Notes: generated from the letters alone by a model not told the origin. Positions 52,401 to 64,000 are shown, counted from the stretch's first letter. The stretch is DNA of 64,000 bases from Raillietiella orientalis (GCA_036172245.1 JAYWIR010000001.1:4526001-4590000); one strand, 5' to 3'. Translations and numbers: made by a program.

Positions 52401-55007
52401 GGGACGGAGGGTGACGGAGGAGCGAGAGCCCTCCCGGCAACGCGACCTCCTCGGACTCTGCTCGTCATAGGAGCAGCATCGCTTAACAGGGCAGGGAGGA
52501 GGACGGAAGGGAAGAGGTGGAAGGGAGAAGACCAAGGAGAAAGAGACAAACATCCTCGGCTTTCGGAAACTCTGCGTTTCTGTCTGCAGACGGGACCCAG
52601 GACTCACTGAGATCATCTCCCAGAGGAATCCCGGCGGCCTGCACGCACGCTGGGAAAGAAGTGGTCGCTCCCTGCTAAGGGAGATAATCTGCTAAGGGAC
52701 AGAGCGACCGCTGCTGGCATTTTCTTTTCTTTTCTTAAGTCTATAGAGTGCACGAACTCTGACGAATGCAGAAGCGCTGAGGAAGTGTTAACCATGGAGA
52801 AGGTGACAACAAGAAGGTTCAGGGGCGTGTGATAGCACTGAAGAACATGCTGGAGCACTGAGTGAAGAGAAGGAAGGAGAGCTCTGCTCTTGCCTCATGC
52901 TCAGTGGTTCTCCCTTCCCCCGGGATCTGCAACTTCGCACGTCTTCCCGAGCCAGAAACTCGGGAGGAGGAGGAGGAGGGCGAAGCTTCCTTGAGCCTTC
53001 CGTTGCATCCTGCAGCGAAGGAAAAGCCTTGCCTGCCACTGATCCGCACCGGGACCGTCAAGAGAGCAGCAGAGGAAGAGGCGATCAAGAGGGGAAGCGC
53101 TTCCCGTGGCAACAGGGAAACCGCAGCGCCAACCCGGTGCTCGTGAGAGGAGAGCGAATGGGATCGAGGGCATGAGGAAAGCGACCGATACGCTGACCCT
53201 TTCTATTCCTCGTAAGGGACGCTTGGAACACGCCACCGTGCCTCACCGAGGAAGATGGATGAAGCTGGCGGTGCGGACTGGTGACGAGAGAGGGTGTCTC
53301 TCTTAGTGGTAGCAACGGCAATTAATCCCGCTTTCTGTGAGCAGGAAGAGAGGTGGCAGCAGGGAAAGATCCAGACGTGAGAGCAAGGTGGACAGAGTGG
53401 AGCGGGGCTGGTGGCGGCAGACTCAGCGCGCTGAGCTGACCTCCGGAAAGCAGGAAAGGGAGGGAGAGGTGGGAGATGGGAAGGAAGGAAGGCTGGGATG
53501 AATGGGGCGAAGCGTTTTTCTTTGCCCTGAGAGCCGGAACGCGTCGCGAAGCGATGCGACCGCACGCTCCCGGAACGCGGCGGACGTCCTCCGGGGGAGA
53601 AAGGAGAAGGGGGTTACCATAGCGATCTCCTCCACGGAGACGAGCAGACGCCGCACGGACTGCTTGATGCTGAGCTCGTCTGTCCCGGCCGCCAGCAGGC
53701 GGGCGAGCGTCTGCTTGAAGTCCTCGAACCGAGTCGCCAGCCTCCGGTAGGCGGCAGCAGCAGCGGCATCCTGCCTCGGCGCATCCTCTGCAGAAGAGAA
53801 GGCGTCTCAGAAGTCACGCGCTGAGCGCATGAAGGCGCGCGCGTGGTCACAGCGGAGCAAGGTCGAACCGTGCGATCGTGCTTGGGTGGTCCTCCCCTCC
53901 CAAGAAACAACCGCGACACTCACGATCCTCCCCTGCCTATGGTCGGGAAGCACTCTCCCCTAGGAGAAGGAGAAGGAGGAGTGGGGAGACAGCAGCTCGT
54001 TCCCACCTTCCTTCCGCTCCCTGTCTCACCCCTTCTTCATCCCATTCCTGCTCCCTCCCTGATCCCCCAGGGACGCCAACAGACGGACAGACCTCCCGCA
54101 ACCCCGGGCGCTCCCCTTCCAGACTTCGCCCGGCCGCTGAGCACTTCTCTCCGCGCGTGTCACGGGGTGCTCGCTGGCCGGATCCAAGGCTCCGCTGCTC
54201 CTTTGACGCACCTCCCCGCGACCCTTCCAAGGAACGGGGACGCCCTATGGGGCTCGCGCGAGTGGAGACCTCCCCTGCCTTTCTCAGAGGCTCCTGCAGG
54301 CGCCGAGGCGCTCCCTTTCTCTGAAAGGTGACTGAAAAGGGATGGGGCAAGGGACCTTCCTGGAGACGAGGAAAACTCGGGAACGAGGGGGGAGAAATGC
54401 AGGAGGCGGGAATCGCGTGCGGTCCGTCGCTTCCTGAGGAGGGGCGGGAGCGACGCCACCTGCAGGGAAAAGCGCGTGGGCTGCTGCGCAACCTGCTTTC
54501 CCCTCTTCCCTTCCCCTCCTTGCCCTCCCTTCCCCTCTTTCGGACGCACAGAGAGAGGGAAAAGCGCCCTCCCGGGAACGGGAGACACCGCCCACTGACG
54601 GACGAAAGCGCGGAGAAAGCTTTCGTTTCTGCGACGCGATGACAGCACCGCCGTGTAGCCGCCACGCGCGCCGTCAATTGGTGTGCAGAAGGTACGAAGG
54701 TGCTCCCGAGGAAGTGACCGTCGTCGCCCGAGACGCTGAGAAGAGAGGAAAGGAAGGGGAGGGGAGGGGACAGAGGGTGGAAAGCTCCCGCAACCTCCAC
54801 CACCTCCTGTCTCCCTCCTCTCTCTCCTCTGCCACCACCTCTGCCTCCCTCGCGTCCAGGAATTGACGCCGCAAGGGGGGCGCTGGAAGCTGCGAGGCCT
54901 ACCTCTCCAGGGATGCATCGTCCCGGAGCCTCGGCTTCCTACTTCTACCCTGGCCGGAGTCGTCCAGCAGCTTGCGGTTCCTCCGCTCGAGGTCACGCAC
55001 GTGGTGT
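38038..55007 (-). CDS. CCDC170: CCDC170-like coiled-coil protein; 5' exons uncertain
   Basis: Phase-consistent exons 55007-54949, 53787-53618, 52389-52189, 43281-43144, 41995-41832, 38694-38586, 38542-38306, 38250-38038 (TGA). The protein reads FEDFKQTLARLL...DHGKFLEFIDNL...FEMMLDSL...IRKLQSKVK...EKDQAL...AKCLELQRLCDKLKENVSRLEKVKIKQSIKI...VINVLTGELKSVREKL...FKKQLIKLLG...VPDDLLLSRLQHIM. This is colinear with the recalled CCDC170 C-terminal half (YLKFLDQL...FDMRLD...KTLEQ...LEKMKEK...IEVVTSEMK...FREVVSQMLG...LPDYEII). The 55007-54949 exon is the least certain. Confidence 0.8.
38256..38261 (+). promoter_or_regulatory. Putative poly(A) signal of MED17
   Basis: First AATAAA downstream of the MED17 stop, followed by GT/T-rich sequence (tgtcttgttagtgtt, gtttttttttc). 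Confidence 0.55.
40283..40316. repeat. Perfect 16-bp inverted repeat with 2-nt spacer
   Basis: TCAACACGCTGCTCGC-GA-GCGAGCAGCGTGTTGA. Confidence 0.95.
41164..41190. repeat. (TA)n microsatellite
   Basis: Visible in the sequence. Confidence 0.9.
43372..43411. repeat. (GC)n(CA)n alternating purine-pyrimidine tract
   Basis: Visible in the sequence. Confidence 0.9.
43900..46200 (+). mobile_element. Decayed non-LTR retrotransposon of the restriction-like-endonuclease type (R2/NeSL/Utopia-like): RT and RLE remnants; boundaries approximate
   Basis: Frameshifted remnants in the expected order. EEPREKKKGFSCFSFDLFAFVSDP (44271-44483) resembles RT ARxxKKxLxxxxLDLxNAFGSVP, and RGDPL near 44493 resembles QGDPLSP. 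RRIPEDDLKPRPDLLLRNEGRVIVLDVALPCEN (45515-45817) is the RLE R/KPD...D motif. SIRGSRNIYM near 46030 resembles the C-terminal SRxIY. An A-rich tail follows. Confidence 0.75.
46950..49800 (+). mobile_element. Decayed APE-type LINE remnants (ORF1/gag-like and endonuclease-like); boundaries approximate
   Basis: A broken zinc knuckle (FHQCRR...LASSC, near 47905-47960) and ORF1-like RGLLHRGVQLGIPEEEL (48154-48579). APE-like ADSSGRRLLYLL...TFTG occurs in ORF 49148-49933. There is nucleotide similarity to 51050-51680. Confidence 0.45.
50480..50960 (-). mobile_element. Decayed Ty3/Gypsy integrase C-terminal (GPY/F) region
   Basis: Across frames: LGWCRTASK, LRSLSPTGAS, SFLRV, RRIQGPPQD, APFVKV, KH. These follow the Gypsy pattern LGxRTAxK...LRPxPxS...HVFLRxDxxRxxLQPPYxGPFKV...KH. 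Confidence 0.5.
51000..51900 (+). mobile_element. Second decayed LINE ORF1-like copy with zinc-knuckle remnant
   Basis: RYQCCTQMYRGHSASSC resembles QCxxCxxxGHxAxxC. It shares AGCGTCATCTTGC (51552, 47944) and CGCGGAGACCGCAACCAC (51651, 49252) with the upstream copy. Confidence 0.5.
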
Positions 55008-55479
55008 CTGGGGAAGAGAAGAGCTCGAAGCCTCGAACTGTGACCACCGTTCGTCCCCCAGGACTCCGCAAGGAAGGCGCGCCGACCCTCGGCCGGAAGC
55101 CCTCCCTTCCTCCCCTCCCCTCTCTCCCTCTCCAATTTACCGGTGCCTCTCAGGAGAGTGGCAGCTGCAAACGACTTCCTTCGGGCTCTTTCTTCCTACT
55201 CCCTCGGGAAGGCGGCGCTCCGACTGCACGGGGGGATGCGAAGGCTGTGCGGCGGCGGGCAGGAGTGCCAGCGGCAGAAGGGCAGCGCACGTCATCGATC
55301 CTTCGGAGTGTCTCCGGAGGCGACGCGGGGAGGAGCGTCGCCTGCGCGCGCGCCAGGCCAGCGACGGGCGTCCTGGACGGATCTGCGGGCAGCGCCTGCG
55401 CTGGGCACGAGCCCCGGATTGGTGTTTTTGGTGCTTCCCCTCGGGCGACAAGGTCCCCTAGCTGTCGAGCCCGTTCGCG

Positions 55480-55912
55480 TTCAGACGGAGCCGCCGTCCG
55501 CAGGGATGCTACTCTCTTCCGGCGAGGCCGCTGCCTCTCCCAGAGGGGCAGCTGTACTCTTGAGGCCACACCTCCCCGTGGGGAGGGCCGGTGGTCCGGC
55601 ATCTTTCCCCACCTGCGGGTCTCCGGACCGCTCCGTTCGCCGAGATCTCTCCAGAAAGACAGCCTGCTCCAGCCGACGCCGAGACCGGGGGTTCCCTCCT
55701 TCCACAGAGCCATCAGCGGTACTCTCGTTTGTCGGGCGGTGAGCGGTGCCATCTGAGCGGAATCTGGTTACCATGGATTCTGCCGTCGGATCCAGACTGG
55801 AACCCATCCCGAGTTCTATTGATTTATTTATCTATTCTATCTATTTATCTATTCTATTTCTTTATTCTATCTATTAATCTATTTGTTTTTTCTACATATT
55901 TATATCCGGAAC
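55480..55912 (+). mobile_element. 3' end of a decayed LINE with simple-repeat tail
   Basis: LLRPHL...SFPTCGSPDRSVRR...RR...PSAVLSF* resembles the terminal CCHC region of LINE ORF2. It is followed by a TATTC/TATC-rich tail at 55816-55912 within otherwise GC-rich DNA. Confidence 0.4.
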
Positions 55913-56523
55913 TTTCGATGTTGCTTGGCACCTGCGAAAGTTAGGTGAGTCGGTCGGACCGGAGCTTTAACTCGAGGGCTCCGGGCAGTTGGATGGGTTT
56001 CCTCCGACACTCCATCGGCACCAACAGCCGCAAACAGCACCCGCTTCACGAAGCGGAAGGGGACTGATGTTGTGCCAGCTGAAGGGATCCGAGGCAGAGC
56101 TCGAGCACCGCAAAAGGGAGATCGCACCCCACTGGACCGGAAAGGGCAAGGGCGGACGGTCCAAGTCTTGCCTGCCTGTCAGGGAATTCCACTCGCCCCC
56201 TCGCCTTTTTGGGAGAGGCGACGCCGCAGATGCTGTTACCCCGCAGCTCAGTGAGGGGACCACGATCCGTTGCGTGCCTGGAAATGCTTTTGCTTCCTAC
56301 TCGGAAGCGGGAGCCACGCACACATCCCATCCACCAATCCCCCTCTGACTCCTCGCGGAGCGCGGCCGTCTCTCCGATTTCCGGCTCCCACGTCCTGGAT
56401 ACGCCCGGCGCTTTGCAAGCGAATCAAGCGCTTGCTCCGTGGGCCTCTCCCTACGATATCCACTCTTGGACCTTGTTTACGCCCCATCCCTTCCATCCGG
56501 CAAATCTCTTCTCCTCTTCCTCT

Positions 56524-56587
56524 TATATATATATATATATTTCTCCTACATATATATATATACACACACACACACATACATACATAC
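56524..56587. repeat. (TA)n/(CA)n microsatellite cluster
   Basis: Visible in the sequence. Confidence 0.85.
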
Positions 56588-58527
56588 TTATGGAGAAGAA
56601 ATTTTGGAGAAAAAATTTTTTCGTGTTTTTCTCCTAGAGAAAGCAACAACGAACGCCTTCAAAAGGCAGGGATGGGGGGGCTGATACCGGGCTGCGATAC
56701 GGCGAAATCATAAGAGAGGAGGAAGAAGGGAAGACGTGCCTTTTGCGTGTATCATGTGGCATGCCACGTGGAAATCACGTTTTACACTCAGTGTGAGCGT
56801 GGCGCTCTTGCCCTTCGTCGGTACTGTGCAGGTGCTCACTGTGCAGTTCTGAGCCCCAACTTTCCCTCTTCCCTTACCCCCCCCTTCTTCTCTCGATCCT
56901 CCTCGATCCTTTTCGCACCATCGTGCGCAAAGGATCGCACTACCTCGGCAGGAATCGTTCACGCGGGAGAGGAGCAGCGACGGCAGGGGAGAGATCGAAC
57001 GGAACGTCGTCGTCGTCAGAATTTCCAAGGCAACGCTGGGACGCCGGCAACAATGGCTGTTCGTGCAACAATCGTTGCCAGGGGAGAGCGTCGTTTGTTA
57101 GCCGCGAACGACTCTCTCCTCTGACTCACCTGGCGGCGCTCAGCCGATGCTGGTGTTTCGTTCCCCCATTCCGACGCTTCCCTGCAGCACGCGTGCGGAG
57201 TGTTGCGGGAGAGGCGTCTTCCCGCCCAGCCTTTCTCGCGTCAGAGCAGGTCGCTAAGCTCCGGAAACAGCTTGACCCCGGCGGGGGAGGAGGCGGCACG
57301 AACGCTGTTGTAGGGACTGGGAGCTGCCCCCAGCGCAGCTGGGAGAGTTCCCTGGGCCACGATCCAGTAGAGTCTTCTCCCGCGGTTCGAAGTCTTCCGA
57401 GCCATATTCGCTTCATGCTGCTCGGTGTTGCGGCTGGAAGATCCCTTCCCCTTCCTTCTCAAACCCACACAAAATCAAAGAAAAAAAGGCTGAAGGAAAA
57501 CAGCGCGGAGGAGCACGTTCACGCATTCCGCCTCTCTGCTGGAAGTGCAACGCGAGGGGCACTTGCCCGGGCTGCCGCTGGCAGAGTGGGCGCGGCAGCA
57601 TCGAGCCGCTTCGGGAGCGGACGACGACTTTGGTCGCTCCCTGGTCGACTCGCCCGCGGGGCAAGAAATCCCGAGGGTAGAAGGGACGCGGGCACCGGTC
57701 GTACGGGAACGGCCAAGCGCGCGGCTTCTTGGCCCCGCCGTTTCGCCGCCGCGGTCCCCGCCGATTCCTCCCCCTTCCGCTCCGCTCCAGACCCGCGCTC
57801 GGCAAGCCCTTCACGCGCGATCTTATTTTCCGGATGTATTCCGGGATAGTCTGCAGTGCTCCCTTCTTCCAGGGACGCGGAACAGGGTCCTCGTGGCAGA
57901 ACGCCTGCTTGAGGTTCCTCCCTTCGCCTCAGGAAGCCGTCGCAGCGGGGGCAGGAGAATCTTCAAGGGACCCGATGGAGTTGGTGGACCCCCTCCCCCA
58001 TTTCCCTCGCCTTCTCCGGACTCCATAAAACCGCCCGCGCTCTCGCGGCGAGGGGAACCGGCTCGCATGCACCCCGGGGTGCGGGTCGGCATCTCCGTGC
58101 CCGCACCCAAAGTCGGGTTCTCCGGGTCGGCGCTTCTTGCACGGAGAAAGCGAGGCGCAAGTGGCGGGGCAGCAGCAGCAGCTCCGAGCCGGGAGGGCCC
58201 GGCGCGCCGCTGCGCGCCGCCCGCAGCCGCACCGCAGTGTCTCGAAGGAAGTTGCCGGTGGCGGCAGCAGCGTGCGGCAGACACTATCCCTTCAAGGCCG
58301 GGCCCTTCCTGCGCCACCAGAGGGCAGCACCGCCAACGGCCGCCCTTTGTCGGTCGCTCATCTGGACAGCTGGGGACGATGACGCTTCATAGAGAGAGGT
58401 ACGAAGGGTGCAGTCGCGCGGAGAAGGAAGGGCGAGCGAGGAGGCACTCCACCGTTCCAGGCGCCCTGAGGCAGGCGGCGAGGAGGCCAGGGAGACGACG
58501 ACGCACCTCCCCCCCCATCCCATCCCG

Positions 58528-61500
58528 ATGGGGCCGGTCGGGGATTCCTGCGGTGGCAAGGGCGAGGCCAAGCGTGAGGTGACCAGATGGATGCCGGTCG
58601 CCTCCAGGCAGCTGTACCACCCCCTGGTGAAGAGGTGCATCCGGCTGCTCCTCGACGAGGTCGTGTACAAGAACGCCAACGCCGAAGGCAGGGTCGTCCA
58701 CTACGAGTCGCCGGAGCAGCTGAGGAACCTCCTGGACCTCAGCCTCAGCGAGACCGGGGAGACGGACGAAGAGCTACTCCAGAGGATCGAGACCGTCGTG
58801 AAGTACAGCGTCAGGACCGGACATCCCTTCTTCATCAACCAGCTGTTCTCAAGGTCACTGTGCCGTTCCGCTCGGCGTGCCGCGGCAACCCGGGTCACTC
58901 GCCGTCCCGCACGCGCGAAATTGGAAGTGGAGGGATGCGAGGCGCGCGCGGACCTTGCGGGCGAAGGAAAAGGCAGCGAACTCTTCCGAACGAAGGCGCC
59001 CCCTGCGCGACCGGGCGGCACGCGCGTCTCCCGGCAACCTTGGGAACTCCCTCCCCCCTCTTCCCCCCGCGGAGAACCGTGCTGCGCGAAGCCACCCAGT
59101 GATGCCCGCGCAGGCGCTGAAATCCACGCTGACGACGAGCCCAGGAGGGCGCGACGCGCGAGCCGTTACCTCTCCCTCCCCCCCCCGCGGGCACGGCAGA
59201 ATGCTTCCGGGTGACCTCAAGCGAGCGCGGGGCAGGTCCCCGCGATCGTCGGCGAGGAGGGAAGGAAGGCAGGCAGCGATGGTGATCCGATACGGCGACT
59301 ACTCGCTCCCTCCCGCGCGTTGGGCACTCCACCCACCGGAAGGGAGTCGTCACTCGTGGATGCTCTGAGCTGCCGCCATCTCGCGCCGCTGCTGCTGCCC
59401 CCGTGATCAGCCCAGGAAAGGGAGCCGGCGTCCCGAGAGGGGCGGTAGGCATGCCGGGCCAAAAAAGGCAAAGCAGGAGAAACCGCTCGGCTGCGCCGCC
59501 ACCATACCGAAACAACCGGTGGCACCAGGCTGGTGGTGGCGATGGGAAGACAGATAGATGGGCGGGAAGGGACAGTTTCGACTCCCGCCGCCGCCCGGAA
59601 GACGTCTTGACGACCCGCTGGCGGCCGACGTCGAGAAAGGAGTGCATTGTTGTCCCCTCCCGGTCGAATCCAAGGAGGGGAGAAAGCGGTAGGAAGGTGG
59701 GAGGGGGGTTTAGGGGAAGTCTGCCGAAGAAAGCGAACCGACCGAAGGACCCTGAGAACTGCTAGTGGCCCTCGCAGAGGGAGGCGGAGGAGGTTGCTCC
59801 CTTGCGTGGAGGAAGGTGCTTGGGACGGCCGGAGGCTGCAGACTGGGAAGGAAGGGGGCTGGCAGAGCGGAACGGAGTCCCCTCCTCCGCTCGTCCCACC
59901 AGAGGGAGCAGGAAGGAAGGAGAGAGTGCGGGGCGCCTGCGGTCCGTCTGAGGTCCCCTTGTGGGAGCGGTCGGCGGGTAGTCAACGGTGCCTGGGAACA
60001 GCGAGTCCCTTACCAAGACCTGCCGACAGCAGCAGTTTGCTGGTGCGAGGTCGCAAGGGGTGGGTGGAGGTGAGGGGGAGAACGTGACGGGACGCCGCCT
60101 AGGTGAGCGCAGTCCCAGCGGCGGCGCGTCCTCGAAGAGGCTCCTGTGAGCACATCCTGATGCACCCGTTTTCCGGGTGCATCAGGATGTGTCTCGGCCT
60201 CCCCTGCGCCGAGGACAAAGCGGGGGACTCGGGTGCCCCTCTCCCTCGCGAGCGTTCGTGCGCGCCCGCCATGCGTCTGCCTGGGAGCGACGTCTCCATC
60301 TCGCTTCTTTCTTTCCCAGTGTTGACCCGTTCGGCCTCCTCGGACAGTGGGTCACTGACGCACTCAACTGCAGCGTCTATACTTACGAGGTGGCTCCAGT
60401 GTTCACCCTGATGGAAACGGAAGTCCTCAACGCCATCTGCAAACTGATCGGGTACTCCGAAGGGAGTGGTCTCTTCGCTCCCGGAGGCTCCATCTCCAAC
60501 CTCTACGGTCTGCTTTGCTCCCGGTTCCACGCGTTCCCTCACACCAAGGTGAGCATCTCACCTTCACTCCGTTGAGCTCTCCGTGAGCTCACAGCCTTTT
60601 CCTCCTACACCGACACCATCGTCACCGTTCTTCCCCCTCCAACATCGTCATCATTCCTCCCACACCATGACCATTCCTCCTACCTTTTCTGACACCGACA
60701 CCATCCGCTCTCCTTGGACACCGACACCGTTCCTCCTCCTCCTTATTCTGCTCTGTCCCTCTTGATGTTCCTACAGGAAGAGGGCATCCTCCAACTGCCC
60801 CAGATGGTGATCTTCACGTCCGAGGACGCGCATTACTCCATCAAGAAGGCGGCCATCATCATAGGGATCGGGAAGCAGAACGTCGTCTGCGTTGCCACCG
60901 ACGCTAAGGGCAGGATGGACGTGGACAGCCTTGAGAAAGCCATCGTCCGATGCTTGGATGAGGGGAAGCATCCTTTGGCCGTAGTGGCCACCTGCGGTGA
61001 ATCACGAAGGGAGGGGGAAGGAGAATCTCCTTCCGGTTTTCCTCTTCAGCTCTGCAGCGCCACTTCTCCCCTTTTCCTCTCCCCAGGAACCACTGTGCTC
61101 GGAGCGTTCGACCCCCTGCCGCCCGTGTCGGACGTCTGCCGAAGGTACGGAGTTTGGCTGCACGTGGACGCGGCCTTGGGAGGAGGGATGATGTTTTCCC
61201 GGAGGCACCGGTCCATGATCCAGGGCATCGAGAGGTGGGAAGGAGGCTGCTCCCCTCCCTCGGGTTCTTTCGAGCCCGTCTCTCTCCTTCCAGGTCCGAC
61301 AGCGTGACGTTCAACGCGCACAAGATGCTGGCCGTGCCGCAGCAGTGCTCCATGTTCTTCACGCGGCACACCAGCTGCCTGGAGCAGATGCTGTCCCTCA
61401 GGGCCTCCTACCTCTTCCAGGAGGACCGCATGTACGACCCCTGCTACGACTGCGGCGACAAGAGCATGCAGTGCGGGCGTCGCTGCGACGTCTTCAAGTT

Positions 61501-61969
61501 CTGGCTCATGTGGCAGGCAAAAGTGCGTGATCCGGGGTTCCGTGTGCCTTACTCCCCTGCTTCTCTCCTCTTCTTCCTTTTGTCCGGCCTTGCCGACTGG
61601 CCCCGCTTTTTCTAGGGTTACCTGGGCTTCGAGAAGCACGTGAACAGGCTGATGGACATCGTCGAGGAGTTCGTGGACCACGTGCGCGCCACCCCTGGGT
61701 TCCGCCTCGTGATAGACCCACCTCCGGGGATCAATGTGTGCTTCTGGTACCTTCCTCCGCGCCTCAAAAACCCGGAAGAGTGCCTGCATTGCGTGGCTCC
61801 CATCATCAAGAAGAGGATGGTTTTGTGTGGATCCATGATGATCTCCTACCAGCCGCTGAGGTCCCTGCCGAACTTCTTCCGGTTCACCGCTCAGAACTCT
61901 TCCCTCACGTCTTCCGAGCTGCAGTTCTTCGTGCAAGAGATCGCTCGCCTGGGCGAAGACATCGAATAA
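58528..61969 (+). CDS. PLP-dependent acidic amino-acid decarboxylase (aspartate 1-decarboxylase/black, CSAD/GADL1-like); start codon uncertain
   Basis: Exons 58528-58853, 60320-60548, 60777-60996, 61087-61234, 61294-61522, 61616-61969. Motifs: YSVRTGHPFFINQLFSSVDPFGLLGQWVTDALNCSVYTYEVAPVFTLME, PGGSISN, FTSEDAHYS, GTTVLGAFDP, WLHVDAA, NAHK (PLP lysine), YLFQED, YDCGDK, QCGRR, NVCFWY, VAPIIK, MISYQP, NFFR. An alternative ATG is at 58591. Confidence 0.92.
60604..60730. repeat. Short dispersed repeat ACACCGACACC (three copies) in decarboxylase intron 2
   Basis: Copies near 60607, 60692 and 60718. Confidence 0.7.
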
Positions 61970-64000
61970 AAAGAAGGGAGGGAAAAAAAACTGCGGTGCC
62001 TCCGGGAGGGGGGGCAGGGGTGGAGGGACGTGACGCGACGCGCGGCAGCAGTGGTCTGAACCATCTCCTCCCCGCCACGCGCGCGCTCGAGTCAGTTGAC
62101 CTTCGAAGGTCTGATGCAGCCTGGACCACGCTGGCAATGGGAAGCCGGCGGCAGCATGAGAAAAGGAAATGGAAGAGGAAGGGACCGGGAGCGCCGCTGT
62201 CCCTCCCAAGAAAAACAGGAGAGGGAGCAGGGAGAACAGAGTGCATGAAAGCCTGGAAAGTCGCTAGAGGCAATGTTAGGAGGGCGAGAGAAGGTCGACC
62301 CCTCAGGGGGTCCCGGAAGTCCGAATAAGGGTCGCTTCCGAGCGCTAGTCCCCTCCCCCTCCTCCTTCCTTCCCACGAGCATTAGAGCGTTTTGCCTTGC
62401 GCCGGTCGCCTAGTAGTGGCGTTTCCGGGGACGCGGTGAACCTTCGCGGTTTCCTCCTTTGGGGGCTCTCGAGTCCGCCTTCCGGAGTCCTTCGCTGCAG
62501 AGGAGCGCGACCTCAGAAAAGCCCGGACGCCGGCCGAGGAAGGCGAGAGAGCTTCCAGGATGCCACTACAACGGCGACCCCTCCGCCGAAGGCATGCGCC
62601 TGACCCCTCACGAAGCGGCGACCGGGCTTCCGGGAGCACGGAGGAGGAGGAGGGCACCCAGGTCCGTCTCTACGACCATCGCTCGTCCCCCCCCCCCATC
62701 CTCCCTGCGTCGTCACCGCGCACGGAAACCTCGCGGCGACGGTCCTCGCGGTCCCAGCGCGCAGCAAGAACATCCCTGCCACTTTCCCCTCGGGCGAAGA
62801 TTCGCCCCCGCACCTCCACCGGAGCCAGGCGGGACCCTTTCTGGTTCGGCGGAGTTGTTTCGACCTCCTGGCAGCTTCCTCCCTGCCGGTGAACCCCCGG
62901 CATGGCGCGCGCGCGCATGCACCCTGAAGGGAACCAACCGAACCGGTGGACAGTAGGCACCGGCGGCGCCTGCGCGGTGAACGCAAACCCTCCGCCCGCC
63001 CATTGCGCCTGCGCGCGGAGATCCTTCTCCGAGACGCAGTCCAAGGACCAAGGACCGCGGAAGGTGCATGTCTGTTGCAGCCACCCACCCGCTCCACGAG
63101 AGACGTCGGAGCCCGACCGCTTCCCGCCAGGGCCGTCCGCTTCGTTGGCGGAGTAGCAGCGCCAATCCCGTGCCCGACACCTACTTCGCGCTTGCCCGCG
63201 GGCACTCGACGGAGACCGAACGATCCGCGCTCCTCACCGGATATCGCGAGACGCTCCACGTGAGCCACGAGGGTTGCCGCTTTTGTATCCTCTTGCACTT
63301 TGCGCCACACTTTGTGGTTGCTCAGGCGCTTAAGCTTTCGTATGCACGACTCACGGGAACGACTCATCTCGCGCACTTCTCACTTGCGGATTCTGTAGTC
63401 CACCACCTTGCTGGCTTTCGGTGGGTCTCACACATAATTTAATATGTATACAGGCACTAGGATGATCCCATGCACAGAACTCCCTAAGTGGTCATGTTGA
63501 ACCGAAGGACAGCTGCAGCACGGCATTGGTACGGTGAAATCCGTGTCAGAGCCCCCCTTTGGGGAACACGCAGCTCTTGACGGGAGAAGAAGAAAAAAAA
63601 AAAACTCTTGCTGAGGCGGATGTGGCCCTTCCTCCGGAGAACGGATTTCCCCTTTCCTGTTCAGTAGCGTTCCACGTAAGCTGCGCTTATCCGTTGCCCG
63701 GAAGAAGGAAGTCCGGACGGCTGAATGTGAAAACGGGCTTAGTGCTGTGCAATCCCGAAAATTCCTCAGGTGCAGCGGCTTGTTCATACCGCATCAGGGA
63801 ATGCTCCCCTTCGTCTGCAAAGGCTCCGATGGAATGGAGGTACAAATTTTCCCGCAGGAACAACACTTCGTTACGAAGACATTCCCTTTTTTTTTGGGGG
63901 GGAGCGAATCTGAGGGAACGGGAAGCGCCAGGGAAAGAAGGAAGCCGCCATGACAGACCGTTCCCTAACACAATCGGGATTGTTACGTCACACTTTCTCG

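Noticed and set aside
59640-60090. Weak RT-like remnant (PLPQG) on the minus strand
   Set aside because: Too degenerate to call by eye.
53800-60300. Many long overlapping ORFs of 200-345 aa
   Set aside because: They are Arg/Pro/Gly/Ala-rich with no motifs, as expected in GC-rich non-coding DNA. Only the listed exons and transposon remnants are supported.
61046-62209. 387-aa minus-strand ORF
   Set aside because: Antisense shadow of the GC3-rich decarboxylase exons.

Overview
Eukaryotic animal genomic DNA, probably arthropod (inferred from protein similarity and an invertebrate-code mitochondrial insert). Genes are split by GT-AG introns, many only 38-55 nt. Six genes can be rebuilt exon by exon: OCRL/INPP5B-type inositol 5-phosphatase (+), FAM76 (+), TOM40 (-), MED17 (+), a CCDC170-like coiled-coil gene (-, at least 17 kb) and a PLP-dependent aspartate/cysteine-sulfinate decarboxylase (+). 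The CCDC170-like introns contain decayed retroelements: an RLE-type non-LTR element, APE-type LINE pieces and a Gypsy integrase tail. A decayed cox3 NUMT lies just after OCRL. The most striking feature is that the stop codons of convergent MED17 and CCDC170 touch with no gap (TGA|TCA), and the likely MED17 poly(A) signal is the antisense of the last CCDC170 3' splice site. Other oddities are a steep AT-to-GC codon shift within CCDC170, CpG-poor and CpG-rich blocks, altered PLP motifs in the decarboxylase, and its possible nesting in a CCDC170 intron. Homology calls come from recalled motifs, not database searches. I found no convincing novel multi-gene system.
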